Shown piece after piece: positions 12,735 through 26,684 of a stretch of DNA of 44,197 nucleotides (position 1 is the first letter of the stretch; each line of letters begins with the position of its first letter). The position numbers were made by a program, and so were the translations under genes. The stretch covers positions 1 through 44,197 of the forward strand of contig JAQGDQ010001368.1 of assembly GCA_030141605.1 (NCBI GenBank), given 5' to 3'. Source of the DNA: Tubiluchus corallicola. Lineage: Eukaryota > Animalia > Priapulida. Below the pieces are notes generated by a model. It saw only the letters and a program-made list of their open reading frames with translations, was not told the origin of the DNA and ran no database searches.

Positions 12735-12804
<70 letters not shown>

Positions 12805-13078
12805 CTCTCTCTCTTTCTCTCTCTCTTGCCGCATGCGTGCCGTTTGCCAGTATTGACAAGTATCAAGGACTGGTCTTGAGAATAAAGCAGTTTTTCTTTC
12901 AATTGTTCTTTCCTTTAACAACTGTATAACTCCATATTTTCTATTCGAAAATGCTTCTCCGGCGTTCTAGCAGTTCAAAAATTTTCTGGGCGCCAACCAT
13001 GGTAGCGCTGCCCCCTTCCCGGATGGGGCCTCACACGCCCCACTTCCCCGGGCCCCGCCTAGGCTGAAATAGGCCCTG
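12607..13078 (+). mobile_element. hAT-like MITE family B copy 2, 5'-truncated, with expanded (CT)n
   Basis: Homologous to 3229-3535; ends TGAAATAGGCCCTG. Confidence 0.8.
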
Positions 13079-13294
13079 GTACCAAGGCTACGAAAATTGA
13101 TGCACTTTCGAAAAATGAAGCACTCACCCCAACGCCAAACCAGTCTAGCATGGGACCTCTAAGAAAATCTCTGAAAACTACAATCTCAGCCGATTCAAGA
13201 CAAATGGCAACAGATGTCTCCTTCGATTTGTGAGTTGTGTTACATTGGAAATGTGTTTTTACTCACATAATTCTACTAAAAACTTTAACATTAA

Positions 13295-13754
13295 CCCTTT
13301 CATACCCGTTGTATCCCGTGGGGTACGAGAATATTTTCTGCCTTTAAAATTAATAAAATTTTAAAACTGACAGTTATTTGATCTGTTAATAGTTATTTTG
13401 ATTTAAGCCAATAACAATAGAGTAAAAATGGTGATAAAATGGCAAACTAGAAAATCTACATAGCATAAAAAGCTGCACAAGGTACTGTACTCTAGAGACG
13501 ACTTTGTACAGATCAGCATAGCATGCATACTAAATGTCTTAAATACTTTAAAAAATTATCAGCAGTTGCAAAATGAAGCACATTTTATGCTTCCATTGAA
13601 TCCCAATGTATCCCGTGGGATACAAGCTATATTTAGCACACGGGCACAGGTAGAAAAAATTCTTATTATGTGTAAACAAGATGGACATACTGAACAAAAG
13701 TACCAAGCCAAAAAATTTCCTCTTATTAAAAAAATAATTTGGGAACTGAAAGGG
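13295..13754 (+). mobile_element. piggyBac-like MITE, family C copy 4
   Basis: TTAA|CCCTTTCA ... TGAAAGGG|TTAA. Confidence 0.9.
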
Positions 13755-13892
13755 TTAAGTGGCTATTGACCTTGTCTGGGATTTCTTTCTTTTGCCTTAA
13801 CTTTATTTATTCAGGCCTAAAACAATAAGTCTATATAATGTTTTAATCACAGCAATAGAAACTACCGTTTTTAACTCTCAAAATATTCATAC

Positions 13893-14003
13893 CTGTAGAA
13901 CAGAAAGAATTTTTGCAAACTTTTCAGCAAACTGTAGTTGCTGAGCAGTTGCAGGAGCATGGCCTGTGGCAGGTACTGCCGGAGTATATTCTGTGCCATG
14001 CAT
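13893..14003 (-). CDS. MS4A/CD20-like protein, first coding exon
   Basis: MHGTEYTPAVPATGHAPATAQQLQFAEKFAKILSVLQ followed by donor CAG|GTATGA; joins in frame to 9856 giving ILSVLQVACG (MS4A TM1 LG.LQI..G pattern); upstream acceptor CTTTTCAG| at 14043 implies a further 5'UTR exon. Confidence 0.85.
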
Positions 14004-14309
14004 GTCTGGTATGATTCTATGGTGAAATAGTAGCCTGCTGTAACTGAAAAGCAGATAATGTTAATAATTGTTTGTTATTTTGCTAAAATCACATTTGTAG
14101 CACTTAGTTTAGAATCAGCTAACGCACCGTCTATTTTTACCTGCTTTACAAGATAAAAATTGAGTCGCTTTAGTATTTCAATGATACAATGTGTAAGATG
14201 ACATTACATACAAAATAACCCTGTTAGAACTACTCAAAATGAAGAATATGAAAAGATACCAACGTGAACGTTATGAAACTAAGCATACACAACTGCACAA
14301 CAACTTTAG

Positions 14310-14568
<259 letters not shown>

Positions 14569-15448
14569 ACAATAATATATATCCAATATAAATTTAGCAT
14601 AAAAACGAAAATAAATGTTACACAATGAATAATAAATTGCATTATTAATTAAGAATTACAAAACTTACTTAGTAAGCCAACACCTTTTCGATCACAAAAA
14701 TATGTACTTCTTTGAGTGATGCTGTTTTTAAACTGATTTCATCTAAACTTGAGCTGCTTGTACGTTTGAAAATAGGTGTACCATCAATATTTTTGAAGTG
14801 TTTTTGCTAGCACAAAATGTGTATGACTAAATTTCTGTCAACTGAGACATTTAGTAATGTTTGCTAGAAGAATATCTTTGCTTTAACCTGACTCAGCTTT
14901 TTGAATATTCAAGTTGTTTAGTCACGTAACTTTGGCCATTACTGTATGATGTCATGCATCTTCTTTGTGTGCTTTGTAATATTCTAACAAACTGCACACT
15001 CATGCGTAAGCACACAAGTAAATTTGAATTTTAAATTTTTATCTTAAAGCTTGCATAGTTTCGCAAACAAGATTAAAACGCTCGTAGAATATTTTTGCTG
15101 TTGAAAATTATGTTAGTTTGTGACGTCATCAATAGTTGGGCTCGCCGGCCCTTAAATACGCTTTTAATCTATTGTTTAGTTACTAGAAACGATTTCGCAG
15201 TACTAATTGTGTTTAAATGTATACTTTTTGTCAGACTTGAAAATGGGGAAGTATATGAAAAATCATCCTGTCTTCCTTTAATAATTATTTACAGAAAGTC
15301 AAAGGAAATACCTCGCCTTCTGGAAGTTATTTCAATGCCCGCAAAAAATGTTAGAAGGATTTAGTAATAAATGTGTGCAATTAGTAAAATCACTTCAAAA
15401 TCGCCATCATTTCATGCCTGCTTTTAATTCCAAATGGTTACGTTGCTA

Positions 15449-16195
15449 CAGGTTTTACATGTCAAATTTAGACCTGCGTTAACTCAAATGTAGATTTAGG
15501 CAATTCAAATGTGTCTTGGTAACTCAGATGTAGACTTAGGTAGTTCAAACGTGTTAACAATGGTTTTCAAGAAATCTTAAGCGTTTTTGATAAGTCAAAT
15601 GTAGACACATGTCAAGTCAAATGTGACATTGGTATCTCAAATGTGGATAGGTGGTAAAGCTTAAGGACGTTAAATTTAATCTCCTTTAATCTTAATTTAA
15701 TAATTGCTGTGAAAATAATAACTTTATATGTCCACTAATAGTTCACTAATATTCTGTAAACTTTACATACCATTGGAACTGTTAGACAAAACAAAACATT
15801 CTTAAAATAAACAAAGATTCTCGAGAGAAACTAATTCATTAATGCAGTGCAAATGCATTACTTGAAAAACTAATTAGTGATTCACTGTTCATTGGGAAGT
15901 GGGAACCAATTTATTCTTTTCTACCGACGTTATGGTTTATCAAAGAATTTCGTTTGAGGATAAACAATGCATTTTTCAAACTTCTGAAAGAGGTGATGAC
16001 TATCTTTGGTTTATCTTTTTGTAATTTGCACTTAAATGAGCTAATTACCGATTTATTCAAAGTAATGCATCTACATTTGACTTACCCTAGTCACATTTGA
16101 GTTACCAAAACACATTCGAAATTCCTGTGTCTACATTTGACTTACCTAAGTCACATTTGAACTGTCCTATGTCTACATTTGACATGTAAAACCTA
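15449..16195. mobile_element. TA-flanked MITE with long imperfect inverted ends built of TCAAATGT(A)GAC subrepeats
   Basis: TA|CAGGTTTTACATGTCAAAT ... ATTTGACATGTAAAACCTA|TA; ~200 bp mirrored subterminal arrays. Confidence 0.8.
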
Positions 16196-16291
16196 TAGAA
16201 TGTTGTACCGCGTGTAAGCTCGTGTCAGTACCTAAACCAACGACTTATCCCCCTGCAAGTCACTAAATATTAAAGACAGTAAAAAAAACAA

Positions 16292-16360
16292 TACCTTCCT
16301 CGGCATTGAACCTAGGTTACTCGCACGAAAACCGGATACGGTTCCCCTACACCAAAGAAT
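16292..16360 (-). pseudogene. tRNA-Glu-like degenerate fragment or SINE head
   Basis: Minus strand TGGTGTAGGGGA (A box) ... TTTTCGT loop (TTC) ... GGTTCAATGCC (B box), followed by T8. Confidence 0.45.
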
Positions 16361-17789
16361 CATGTATGCGACTGAAAATTTTACTTTTTGTGCTTGTGAC
16401 AGCCCTATACAATAGTGCTCTCATTTTATCGTACTAATTAAATTTCTACAATTAAGTTTGCTAAGTTAAGCGGAGTAGCGCCAATGAGTTTAATTTTGTA
16501 GTGCTAAATGAAAAGTTTATTTTGTTTATATATGTAATTATTATCTCTCAGACTAGTATAGTAGTGCCATCTACTGTCAACTTTGTTTATCAAAGAAGGA
16601 AACCAGGGACATGAACTTGACAGGTGTGCTTCCTTATTTGGCAAGTATGACCACCAATCCTGAGTGATGATAAATAGGACATTCACAGCTGCTACTCTTT
16701 ATGACCTGTTTGATTGGTCAGGTTTAGGTGATGAACCAACCTTTACTTGTTATGCAGCCATTCAGCTGAGAGCAAACAGGTTTTTACCTGGAAAAACGAG
16801 GCCACAGAGCAGGGTGTAAAAAGTGTGGCTTTGCAATATGGCTGCTCTACTTGTGTTTTATCAATTCTTGGTTTAAAGGACAATATTGCATTTACTAATG
16901 GAATTTCCTCAGCAGAAACAGAGTACTTTTACAATGGTTATACTCAGTCTTTGTGATCCTGGGCTGTCCGTTATTTAGGAAGCCCCTAGAGACTTTGTCA
17001 TTTATGGTGGAGGAGACCAAGTCGTGAAATGGACTATTGATAGTTCTCAGAGAACCAGCCTGTGGTCAGTCTTCCTGTCAGTGTCTTCAGATACGCTGGA
17101 CTTGATACAGCGCATTCCTCAGTTGATGGAGTTAATGCCACACCTGATGTCACCTAATTGTCTGACCCTGAAGTTACCGTTTGGGAAGCTTGCCGTCAGA
17201 GTGTTCCAGTACACGCCGCCGTCGACAGCGACAGTGACGAGGTTAAGCTAGCTAGCCAACGTGTGCACAGAGACTCACGATAAGTACAGTTTATGGTGTT
17301 TGTGATACATTCAAAATCCCGGGTAAAATTAAAGACAGTAGCCAAACTATAATTTGTAGTATATATTTGTTTACTATTTCTCAAATGTGTTTTTCCTATG
17401 TTAAATAATATTGAGTTTATAGCTAATTGGTCGTTTGTCTATCTGTTCTGATAATGTTAGATTCTCACGTTAAGGAAGCTCGCCAGGGACCCACAGCCTT
17501 AGATCAAATAAAACTTGCTGTTTCTTTAAGTATTTATGGTGTGTTAGCACCAGTGTTATAGTGATAATCTTGCCATCCTGACATAAACAATTTACAGCAC
17601 TTTAGGCCAAACGGATTATCACAGTGCTCACATGCCAAAATGACTGGGCAATATCCGGTTTCTTACTGTTGCTTGACGTACTTGTAAACAATTAAGCGAT
17701 AAAATTTTTTAGAAACTGTATGTAAACTAGTAATAAAAAGTTAGATGTACATACGCCCAAACGAATATTAGCAAAAACGGCAATACGGC

Positions 17790-18235
17790 CAGCGGCGGAT
17801 TATGATTTTATGGGCCTTAGGCTTGAGTTTGGAACGGGCCTTTTAAATGTTGCTACACTGCTGAGCTGACGTGTTTTTGTGGAGCTCTCGTCGTTTGTAA
17901 GTAATTATAACTGACTTTGCCCCCAGAAAAATTCGGAAACTGAAATTTTGAACTTAAACTGTGTAAACGTGAATTGTGTAAACTTGAATTGTGTAAACTT
18001 GAATTGTGTAAACTTAAATTGTGTAAACTTGATTTGTGTAAACCCGATTTGAAATATAATGACTGACTTTTGAAAAAAAACTTTTTTCTATATTTTATTT
18101 TGGCGGGCCGCTTGCTCTTTTGTCAATTTATTTTTTTTACAAAAAAAATTTTTTTTTCGTTTTATTTTGCCGGGCCCCTTTTGATCCCGGGCCTTAGGCT
18201 TCAGCCTATTCAGCCTATAGGGCTATCCGCTACAG
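17790..18235. mobile_element. hAT-like MITE
   Basis: CAGCGGCGGAT ... ATCCGCTACAG ends; perfect 8-bp TSD AATACGGC; GGGCC subterminal motifs; internal short TGTGTAAACTTGAAT array. Confidence 0.85.
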
Positions 18236-18529
18236 AATACGGCTTTAATTTGGAGCGATAGACCTGAAATAAATTTATTTTATATAGTACAAAGATCAAA
18301 AAGAAGAAGAAACTATACAAACAGCAGTGATCAACAAATAATCAAATGAACTGAGAAAAACGATTGTAGATAGATTAAGTATTACGCATTTAAAATCAAA
18401 TACATGGAATAAATACCATTGTTGGCATACAAAATATCTAACTTCGTTTTTAATTAAAACGTAAAATACAAATATGATAAAGCAATGGATCTATGACCTT
18501 TGACCTTTTCTCTAAAGGCTGTAAAGATA

Positions 18530-19062
18530 ATAACGGTCATCCAATATTGCCGAATTGTAACTGTGGATTTCGATTTGAGTCTGTTGAACACTTTTTGTTG
18601 CACTGACCATTGTATCAACTAGCTAGGGTTGTTGTGTTTGATAAATTAAATGAAATACTTCTGCCCGAAAACCTTAATATAGTTGTCTTAGGAAATAATG
18701 ATCTGTTGAAGTTGTTATTATTCGGTAAAGATTAATTTAACTATGTTGCTAACTGTAAAATATTCCAATGCATACATGACTTTATATTATGTACTAAACG
18801 CTTCCAGTAGTTTCTATCTGATATGAAATGCATCTGTCTTAAATTATCGTACATTAATATTTACTAACCGTCATTTTCTACTAATGTCTAATGTATCACT
18901 GTAGTAAAACTTTAATATACTAAAGTATACTAAAAACTAAGTATAGTCTATTCTTACTGCAAATGTTCTTGTAAATAGTGTATAAAGTCTGTTGTGGTGA
19001 GGATCTTAAATCATGTTGTACAAACTGTCTGATCCAATCCTAAATAAATTATGTTTAAACTA
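18530..19062 (+). mobile_element. CR1-like LINE 3' remnant (ORF2 C-terminus plus 3'UTR)
   Basis: Decayed peptide PNCNCGFRFESVEHFLLH*PLY...LLLFG...IHDFILCTKRF*; AATAAA near the end. Confidence 0.8.
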
Positions 19063-19300
19063 AAGCAATGGATTTTGTAAATACAGTAGTCATTACTTGT
19101 ATTTTTAAAAAAATTATTTACATGTGTATTCGGCTATCTGTTGATTACGGTTTTCCGCTCTCCCCCTGCTAGCGCCATCTATCCACTAAAAATACAAACT
19201 CACACAGTAGAGGTATACCATTGATTATCAATCATACCTGCATTCAATCGTTGCTATTTTTGCAACACCGATGTTGATGATAGGCCCCACAAACCTTAAA

Positions 19301-19843
19301 AAAGAATTATGCCCTAAAATATAGCCCACATCAGCGTGTAGCCCTGTTCTTCCTCTTTCTAAAGAGCCATATATCTCCTTCCGAGAGTCCCACCAGGCGC
19401 CACTAGAACGTTTTTTCTGCAGGCTGTTTGACAAAAATTTCGAAAAAATCGCGAGTTGGATCCGGGAAAACGCCCGTTACGAGACGCCGTGGCCCTCTCG
19501 CGAATGCTAAATATGCCTACTACACCCACTGCTGAACGAGCTATCTATCCATAGTCAGCCCCAGCCATGGCCCATTCCCATTCTCCAGATCTCAGCGGTA
19601 TAAGTTTTGCAAAAAAACGGCCGAAAATAGCCATTTTTGGAGGTTTTTCGCCCACCGTTCGTCCCGGTGGGCCCGATTCGAATCTTATCTATCTATATAT
19701 ATGTAAATATACCAGTAAAATTAATAACAAAGGAATTATGTCCCAAAACATAGCCCACATCATCGTGTAGCCCTGTTCTTCCTCTTTCTCAACAGCCGTA
19801 TATCTCCTTCCAAGAGTCCCACCAGGCGCCGCTAGAACGTTTT
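19301..19843. repeat. ~112-bp dispersed direct repeat pair (19301-19413 and 19730-19843)
   Basis: GAATTATG.CC.AAA.ATAGCCCACATCA.CGTGTAGCCCTGTTCTTCCTCTTTCT...GAGTCCCACCAGGCGCC.CTAGAACGTTT present twice. Confidence 0.9.
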
Positions 19844-20310
19844 CCTCGTGTAGAAAAGCTAGTTTTGCAAGAATTCAAGAACCAATTTACTACGATTAAT
19901 TATGCAAACTCAGTAAAGAGGTGATTTTAACATATATTTAAATTGTGTTTCACGTTTCGTGACGTAATTTATGTGAAAAATTAAACTATTAATTGCCGTA
20001 CAAATCATTAATTACCAACTCCATTACCGACAATTGTGAAAAAGTTGTAAGACAATGTAGATTTGAACCAGGGAGTTCACCAGTTATGGCGTATGCTTCG
20101 TAAGCATAAGGTCACTAGTTCAAGTCCACGCTGCGCTGCATCTTTTTCGCATTTCATGTTTTTCAAGTTTGATTTGAAAATTTAATTAATTGACCAGTTT
20201 GTTGCCGTTTGTACAATGACTCTCTATAATAATAACAACATGGTGTTGTGTGATTTATACGTCATACGTCTTCAATAACAGAGATAAAAACAGGTTGTAG
20301 CCCCCTATAT
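19686..20310 (+). mobile_element. Possible non-autonomous Helitron-like element
   Basis: TCTATCTATATATA start, short GGTTGTAGCC hairpin before CTA end, internal B-box-like GTTCAAGTCC; no TIR or TSD. Confidence 0.3.
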
Positions 20311-20325
20311 ATATATATATATATA

Positions 20326-20410
20326 TCATAGTATAGTATAGTATAGTATAGTATAGTATAGTATAGTATAGTATAGTATAGTAAGTATAGTATAGTATAG
20401 TATAGTATAT
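20326..20410. repeat. (TATAG)n microsatellite
   Basis: Direct inspection. Confidence 0.95.
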
Positions 20411-21759
20411 GTATAGTAATATTTAATATAATAATCATTAATATGTTCGACAGATCTCTCTGGGTGATGTAAAGTATCCGCGATTGCATGGAAAACAGCA
20501 ACAACGACCTAAACATGAACTTTTATGCTATTTTAGCTTTTAGATAATTTATTTTTCATAACACGCACTATTACTCATTTTATTACAATTATCAGCGATT
20601 TTTGTAGCTTCGTTGGTCCTAAACACTCCGTTCATTTGGCATAAACACAGCTTTGCTGCAAATGGCACCGTCTCCCCATCTAGCGGCTGAAATTGCAAAC
20701 GTGCTGCTTTATTTAGCTGAATTATGACGTAGTGTTTTGGCCTTCTGCATACGTTCGCAGTTCATTGACAATAAGTTTCCGCATAACATGTTTCACGAAA
20801 GCATGTAATCAATTGACTACTTACAGCTAGAGAAAAAATTAAACTGAAATTTTATTACATTTACATTTAATACTTACTGCACAAATTTTCTTCCTTTTGT
20901 TTTTTTGTTGTGCATTCAATATTTAACTACATTTTCGTTCATTTGCTGCATTTTAGTTCACTCGCTGCATTTATAATTTAACCAGATTGCTTGCTATTTT
21001 TGTTGTTGCATTCATGACTTGTTCAGTTGTTGTTTTAATTTTTAATTGCATTATTTGCTTGCTTTTTTCTATTTTTATAATTATAATATAACTGCCTTGC
21101 ATCTTGTTTATTTGCTACACTTAAGATCTAACCACGTATTTATTCACTTAACCATGCAGTCTGCCGTGCTTTATAATATTTCTAAGTTATATAGGGGTGG
21201 CTGACTCGATGACCCCCTGGTCTTTCGCCACCCCATCTCTACATACTTTACATAATTTGTTGTATTTGCGCTATAAATATTATAGTAGAGATAAATAAAC
21301 CTTTGAATTGAATTGAAATACTTTGAGCAAATCAGAATTTAAGTTTTATGCTGGGTTGCAAGTACAGCGACTAGCCAATCAGATTAAATTAAATATAATA
21401 ACGACTGTAGCCAATCCAAGTACAAATTTTTGCAAAGATTTTCTTTCGTAATTCTCTTCCCTCTATAGAAGGAAGTTCCATCCCGACTTCCTTCTTCCTA
21501 AATCCTGGTAGAAAATAAAATCACGAGCCGAAAGTTTCGTTAGATAAAAATAGTGTCTTTAGTCACGTTTTTGGTTCTTAGAGTTGCCTGCATGTGTGAA
21601 CCTGGTGTGAGTATGCTGCCTTGCTTAGCCGAACATGGATGAGCACACTCGTGGGAAGCAATGGCAAACATTGTACAGAGAGTGCTGTTGTTATACGTTA
21701 AACTGCTCGACAAGTGTACAAATACACAATCCTATTGTCATAGTGTACAAGGAGTCTGA

Positions 21760-22432
21760 GAGACTGCTTTTGAAAGTACTTTTAATTTTAAACCAAGTAA
21801 GTCATTTAAAGTTAACGTTTAAAGATAACATTTATTTGTCCAAAAACTGTCCGTCCTATCTCCATAGAGAAACGAAAGCAAAATCGCTACTTTCTCATAA
21901 AAATGAACACTGCACAACACCCTACACATGATGGTGTTACATATGGCAAGAAAAGTTTCTCCTATTATGGAGCCACATTGTGGAATGAATTACCAAACTG
22001 TCTCCGAATGGTAGAAAATCTTGGGGGAAATTAAACGTCTAATTAACTCATGGACTGGTGCATCATGTAAATGTGCCATTTGTAAATTCAGCAAACTTCC
22101 CAATTTTGTTAAGTCGTAATTAAATGCTGAAATGTTGGCAGGAAAATTTTTATTGACCTAGATAGCTTTTTGTGTAAATTTTAGAAAATGTCTCAATTCT
22201 TAACTGTCTCAATTTTTACTGTCTTCATGTAGTTTTAATTTTTCTTGTACCAACAATACCTCTGGTGGCATCCAAAAGATTTAAGAAGTACATATTATTA
22301 CCATGTTATCGCTCATATACATTATGTTTGATATCCGTTTACGAGCTTTAAGCTCATGTTTTACAAATATGTACTGTTTTATATCATACCGAAGAAAATA
22401 AATATTATCTTATCTTATCTTACCCATCTTAT
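21760..22432 (+). mobile_element. CR1/L2-group LINE 3' remnant with (TATCT)n tail
   Basis: Peptide TYGKKSFSYYGATLWNELPNCLR...IKRLINSWTGASCKCAICKF; AATAAA then TATCT repeats; a short second tail copy at ~22527-22567. Confidence 0.8.
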
Positions 22433-22941
22433 CCACTACCAAAGTACAATTCACTTACTATACCGTAGTGTTAACAATAAACAGTAAGTATTATAAAAAT
22501 ATTAAGGATTAAATTCAGTGCAATGGTATCATACGGATGAAAATAAATATTATCTTATCTTATCTTAACATCCAAACATAGACTAGAAAAAAATTTATGT
22601 GATATGACAAAACTTTATTTTGCGCTTCTTATAAACTCATAGCTATAGCATTATTTCGTATTTACAAAAATTATTAATGTACAAATAATCACACTTTAAT
22701 TATATGCTTACAACTTAATCCTAAACGCACATTATACCAAATTGTAATAAGACAAACAATACAATATGGAATTTTTTTCGAAAAAGACACGATGTAATTT
22801 TCAGTAGGGGGGGAGGGGTGCAATTCGAAACAATTCATGAAAAAGTAGTGAATTGTTTCCATTGCATGAAAAATACCCTGTAAGAGCTTCAGATTATACA
22901 TTAAAACACAAAAATGTCAATTGACAATTCAAACAAGTTAA

Positions 22942-23488
22942 AGGAGAACCGGATGATTGTGTAAACACGAGTTCAGAATAAAGAATGCTCTAAAATATTG
23001 AAAACTACAATAACTTTTTTGAATCAAAGCTTAGATTAAATAATAATTACTTCAGATACTCAAATTTCGTCAAACTTTCAAAGCTACGCGCGGCTCTGTG
23101 AATCTACTAAGATTGGCAGTGGCGCCTTTTTGTCATATTCGCATGGCCGACAAATAGAAGGCGGTACCGTGATAACCGTGATCATGAACTGCAGTGCTAG
23201 TTTCTGACGTCATATAACGTAGAGCCCATTTTCGTGACATCATGCTTTTAAGGAGTACTGTAACACTTACGCAAATGTGCTTGACGCGCAAGGGAAGATG
23301 CCCGCCATTACACAAACTGTGGTTAGTTTCTGATGTAAGCAATAGCTGTGTTCGGTTAATGTTAATTAACTTTCTAAGCTAATTATTCAAATATAAGAAA
23401 CAACTGTTGACTTTTATAGGCATGAAAATGTATATTTTGGACAGTGAATTAAAATGAGATTGAGTCTAAACAATCGTCCGGTTTTCCT
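22942..23488. mobile_element. Kolobok-like MITE
   Basis: TTAA|AGGAGAACCGGATGATTG ... CAATCGTCCGGTTTTCCT|TTAA. Confidence 0.85.
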
Positions 23489-23576
23489 TTAAATAACAAC
23501 CGTAAAACACCGGTCTCAGACTGATAAATTTCTAAAAAAAACATTAAATTGATCTAAGTAAGATAAGAAATGACAT

Positions 23577-24101
23577 TTTTATACAGCAGTCAAGATTTGC
23601 ATTACTGCATTAACTTTATACAGCAGTCAAGATTTGCATTACTGCATTAACTCTATACAGCAGTCAAGATTTGCATTACTGCACAACTTTATACAGCAGT
23701 CAAGATTTGCATTACTGCATAACTCCATACAGCAGTCAAGATTTGCATTACTGCATTAACTCTATACAGCAGTCAAGATTTGCATTACTGCATAACTTTA
23801 TACAGCAGTCAAGATTTGCATTACTGCATAACTCCATACAGCAGTCAAGATTTGCATTACTGCATAACTCTATACAGCAGTCAAGATTTGCATTACTGCA
23901 TTAACTCTATACAGCAGTCAAGATTTGCATTACTGCATAACTCTATACAGCAGTCAAGATTTGCATTACTGCATAACTTTATACAGCAGTCAAGATTTGC
24001 ATTACTGCATTAACTCTATACAGCAGTCAAGATTTGCATTACTGCATAACTTTATACAGCAGTCAAGATTTGCATTACTGCATTAACTCTATACAGCAGT
24101 C
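23577..24101. repeat. 36/37-bp minisatellite, ~14 copies
   Basis: Unit ATACAGCAGTCAAGATTTGCATTACTGCAT(T)AACTYT. Confidence 0.97.
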
Positions 24102-25057
24102 GCTGTCCTTGGCCTCGTGATATTAATACGCAGGTTTTTGCTCTCGTTTTCCTATTTTCGCTTTCAGCTCGCTACGGAGTTTGCGCAGTAGGTTAAGCAA
24201 AGAGAAACAGACAAACCCAAGCCAAACATTAATTTTCTACACGAAGTCTTGGCGGTAGAACGCAGACATGCCAGAGAAAAATCAATACGTTCATTCTTGG
24301 CAAAATGCCAACCATCAATACAGTCGTTGTTGGCAAAGTGCCAACGCGTCAAGGGTGCGGCGACTGCATTAGAGAAGTCGATATTCAACGCATTGCGCAA
24401 CATATAGATTATGTAATGAAAACGTAGTGCAACGGAAAGGATAAGAACTGGAAATCTTAAGTCAGAAAGTGAAATATGTTTGACATCAGAACACAACATG
24501 ATTTAGAATACTTGGAAATGTATAAAAAGCACAAGAAACAATCTTTACAAAACTTGGAGGTAGGCCTACCAAAATTACATACGAAAATATTATTAACGTA
24601 GAATCTGCCTGTTAAGATTCGCAAACGCTGAGAAACAACGAAAACACAATAATAGCTAATAGCTACATTCAACAAGCGTACAATATGTTTGAAAATAAGC
24701 TAGCAAAATATTTACAGTACAAAAGTTACGTGTTAACGGTAGTTGAAAACGCTTCTATTACAAAACAGCCAGGACTAAACCAACGTAAGGGAATCTCAGC
24801 CGCATCTCGGTGCAGAAGTGCACATTGAACATCCGTGAACCCGCATTGGGTCAAATTACAACGTGGCGTGCTGTACCAAGCCGGTCGAAAGCAGTTAGCA
24901 CGTCTAGAAAATGGCCGTTGCTCTATTTATACCGCGATTAGCAAACTACAGTATGCGGGTCAACAGTAACTCGTGTAAGCAATTAAGCGCTATTGAGTTC
25001 CACCCAAAAACCTTGAGAATTGAAACTGCTGGTAATTAATTTAGTCTAACGCATGAA

Positions 25058-25519
25058 TCATCTAGGGTTTTTGTCATTTGTGTGTTGTAGCGCATTTCTA
25101 ACTTTGCAGATTAGCAGAGAAAACCCTCTTTTTTCCCGAGGTGAATTATCCTGATTCTCGCTGTTGTCACTGTACGTACTGCATTCACTACTACTAGGAA
25201 CTCTCGTAGGTGTATTGACGGGACTTGCACACAAATCTGATTTTTCACTTGCTGTCCGTGGCCGTTCCGAAACCGTTCTCCTTCGCGAGCTCTCCGGTAT
25301 TGTTACTTGTTTAGAAGGCGTGCGAGGTTTTACAGTTCCCGGGTAGCTCATCTGTCTGGGCATGCCAGGCCCGCCGCGTTGAGCAGCCAAAACCAAGACG
25401 GCCAGCCTCTCCTTGCTTGCAGAATCGTTCGACTTTTTTGAGGAATTCGAGACGGTTCGGTTTCGCTTTGCACCGTATAAATCGTAGTTATTTTTCACGT
25501 GTGGCACCATGAATGCCAT
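25058..25519 (-). CDS. Small intronless Ser/Arg-rich protein, paralogue 1 (153 aa, starts MAFMVPHVKNNYDLY), function unknown
   Basis: ATG at 25519 (the track's TTG start at 25576 is unlikely); motifs shared with 31857-32267 differ only at synonymous sites; promoter elements upstream. Confidence 0.88.
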   Translation of the reverse strand: MAFMVPHVKNNYDLYGAKRNRTVSNSSKKSNDSASKERLAVLVLAAQRGGPGMPRQMSYPGTVKPRTPSKQVTIPESSRRRTVSERPRTASEKSDLCASPVNTPTRVPSSSECSTYSDNSENQDNSPREKRGFSLLICKVRNALQHTNDKNPR

Positions 25520-25639
25520 AGCGAAAACTTGAAGTACAGCACAAAATATCACATCAATTACTCGACTATAAAACAAATAAAGTTAGTAAAAGCGATATGA
25601 AATGTGAAGATAATACTGTTAAACAGCACAAGCTACATT

Positions 25640-25765
25640 GGACAGCACTTCAGTCAATGAATGATTATAATGCGCATGGGCAACCAGTAATGGCGGGGTT
25701 TTCTGCAGACGCTGAATTTCATTGGCTGGTGGTAAATTATAGTGTAGGCGCGATCACGTGACACT
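25640..25765 (-). promoter_or_regulatory. Putative core and proximal promoter of paralogue 1
   Basis: GTCACGTGAT E-box (25753-25762), AGCCAATG (25720-25727), CCATTACTGG (25684-25693), TATAAT (25664-25669). Confidence 0.6.
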
Positions 25766-26147
25766 TACTGTGCAAAATGTAGTTTAACTTCGCAATTTTA
25801 TTACAAATACCTTACAGAATACAGCAGCAATAAGTGGTAAAGTTTGCACATAGCACGAGGAGACAGACCTCAATCCTTCACAATAACTATTAATGCAATT
25901 AATAAAACAATTACACGTGAAAAAAGAAAAACAATTTTCAGACAAAAGAGTTTAAATTCATCACTGTCTATCGTCCTTAAGTGGAAGAAAAAAGAATGGA
26001 CAGTCATTGATACTTTTCAAATTTTGCAAGATGAACTGTAGGCACAAAAGTACGTAATCGCAGAAATCACACAGAACTGAAAATAAAAAAACATAAAGCA
26101 CTAATCACACTTAATAACGCAATAACACACATTTCACTGATTTAGCT

Positions 26148-26684
<537 letters not shown>

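Noticed and set aside
25520-25576. 19-aa hydrophobic N-terminal extension of paralogue 1 that could look like a signal peptide
   Set aside because: Depends on a TTG start; the paralogue starts at the equivalent MAFM methionine
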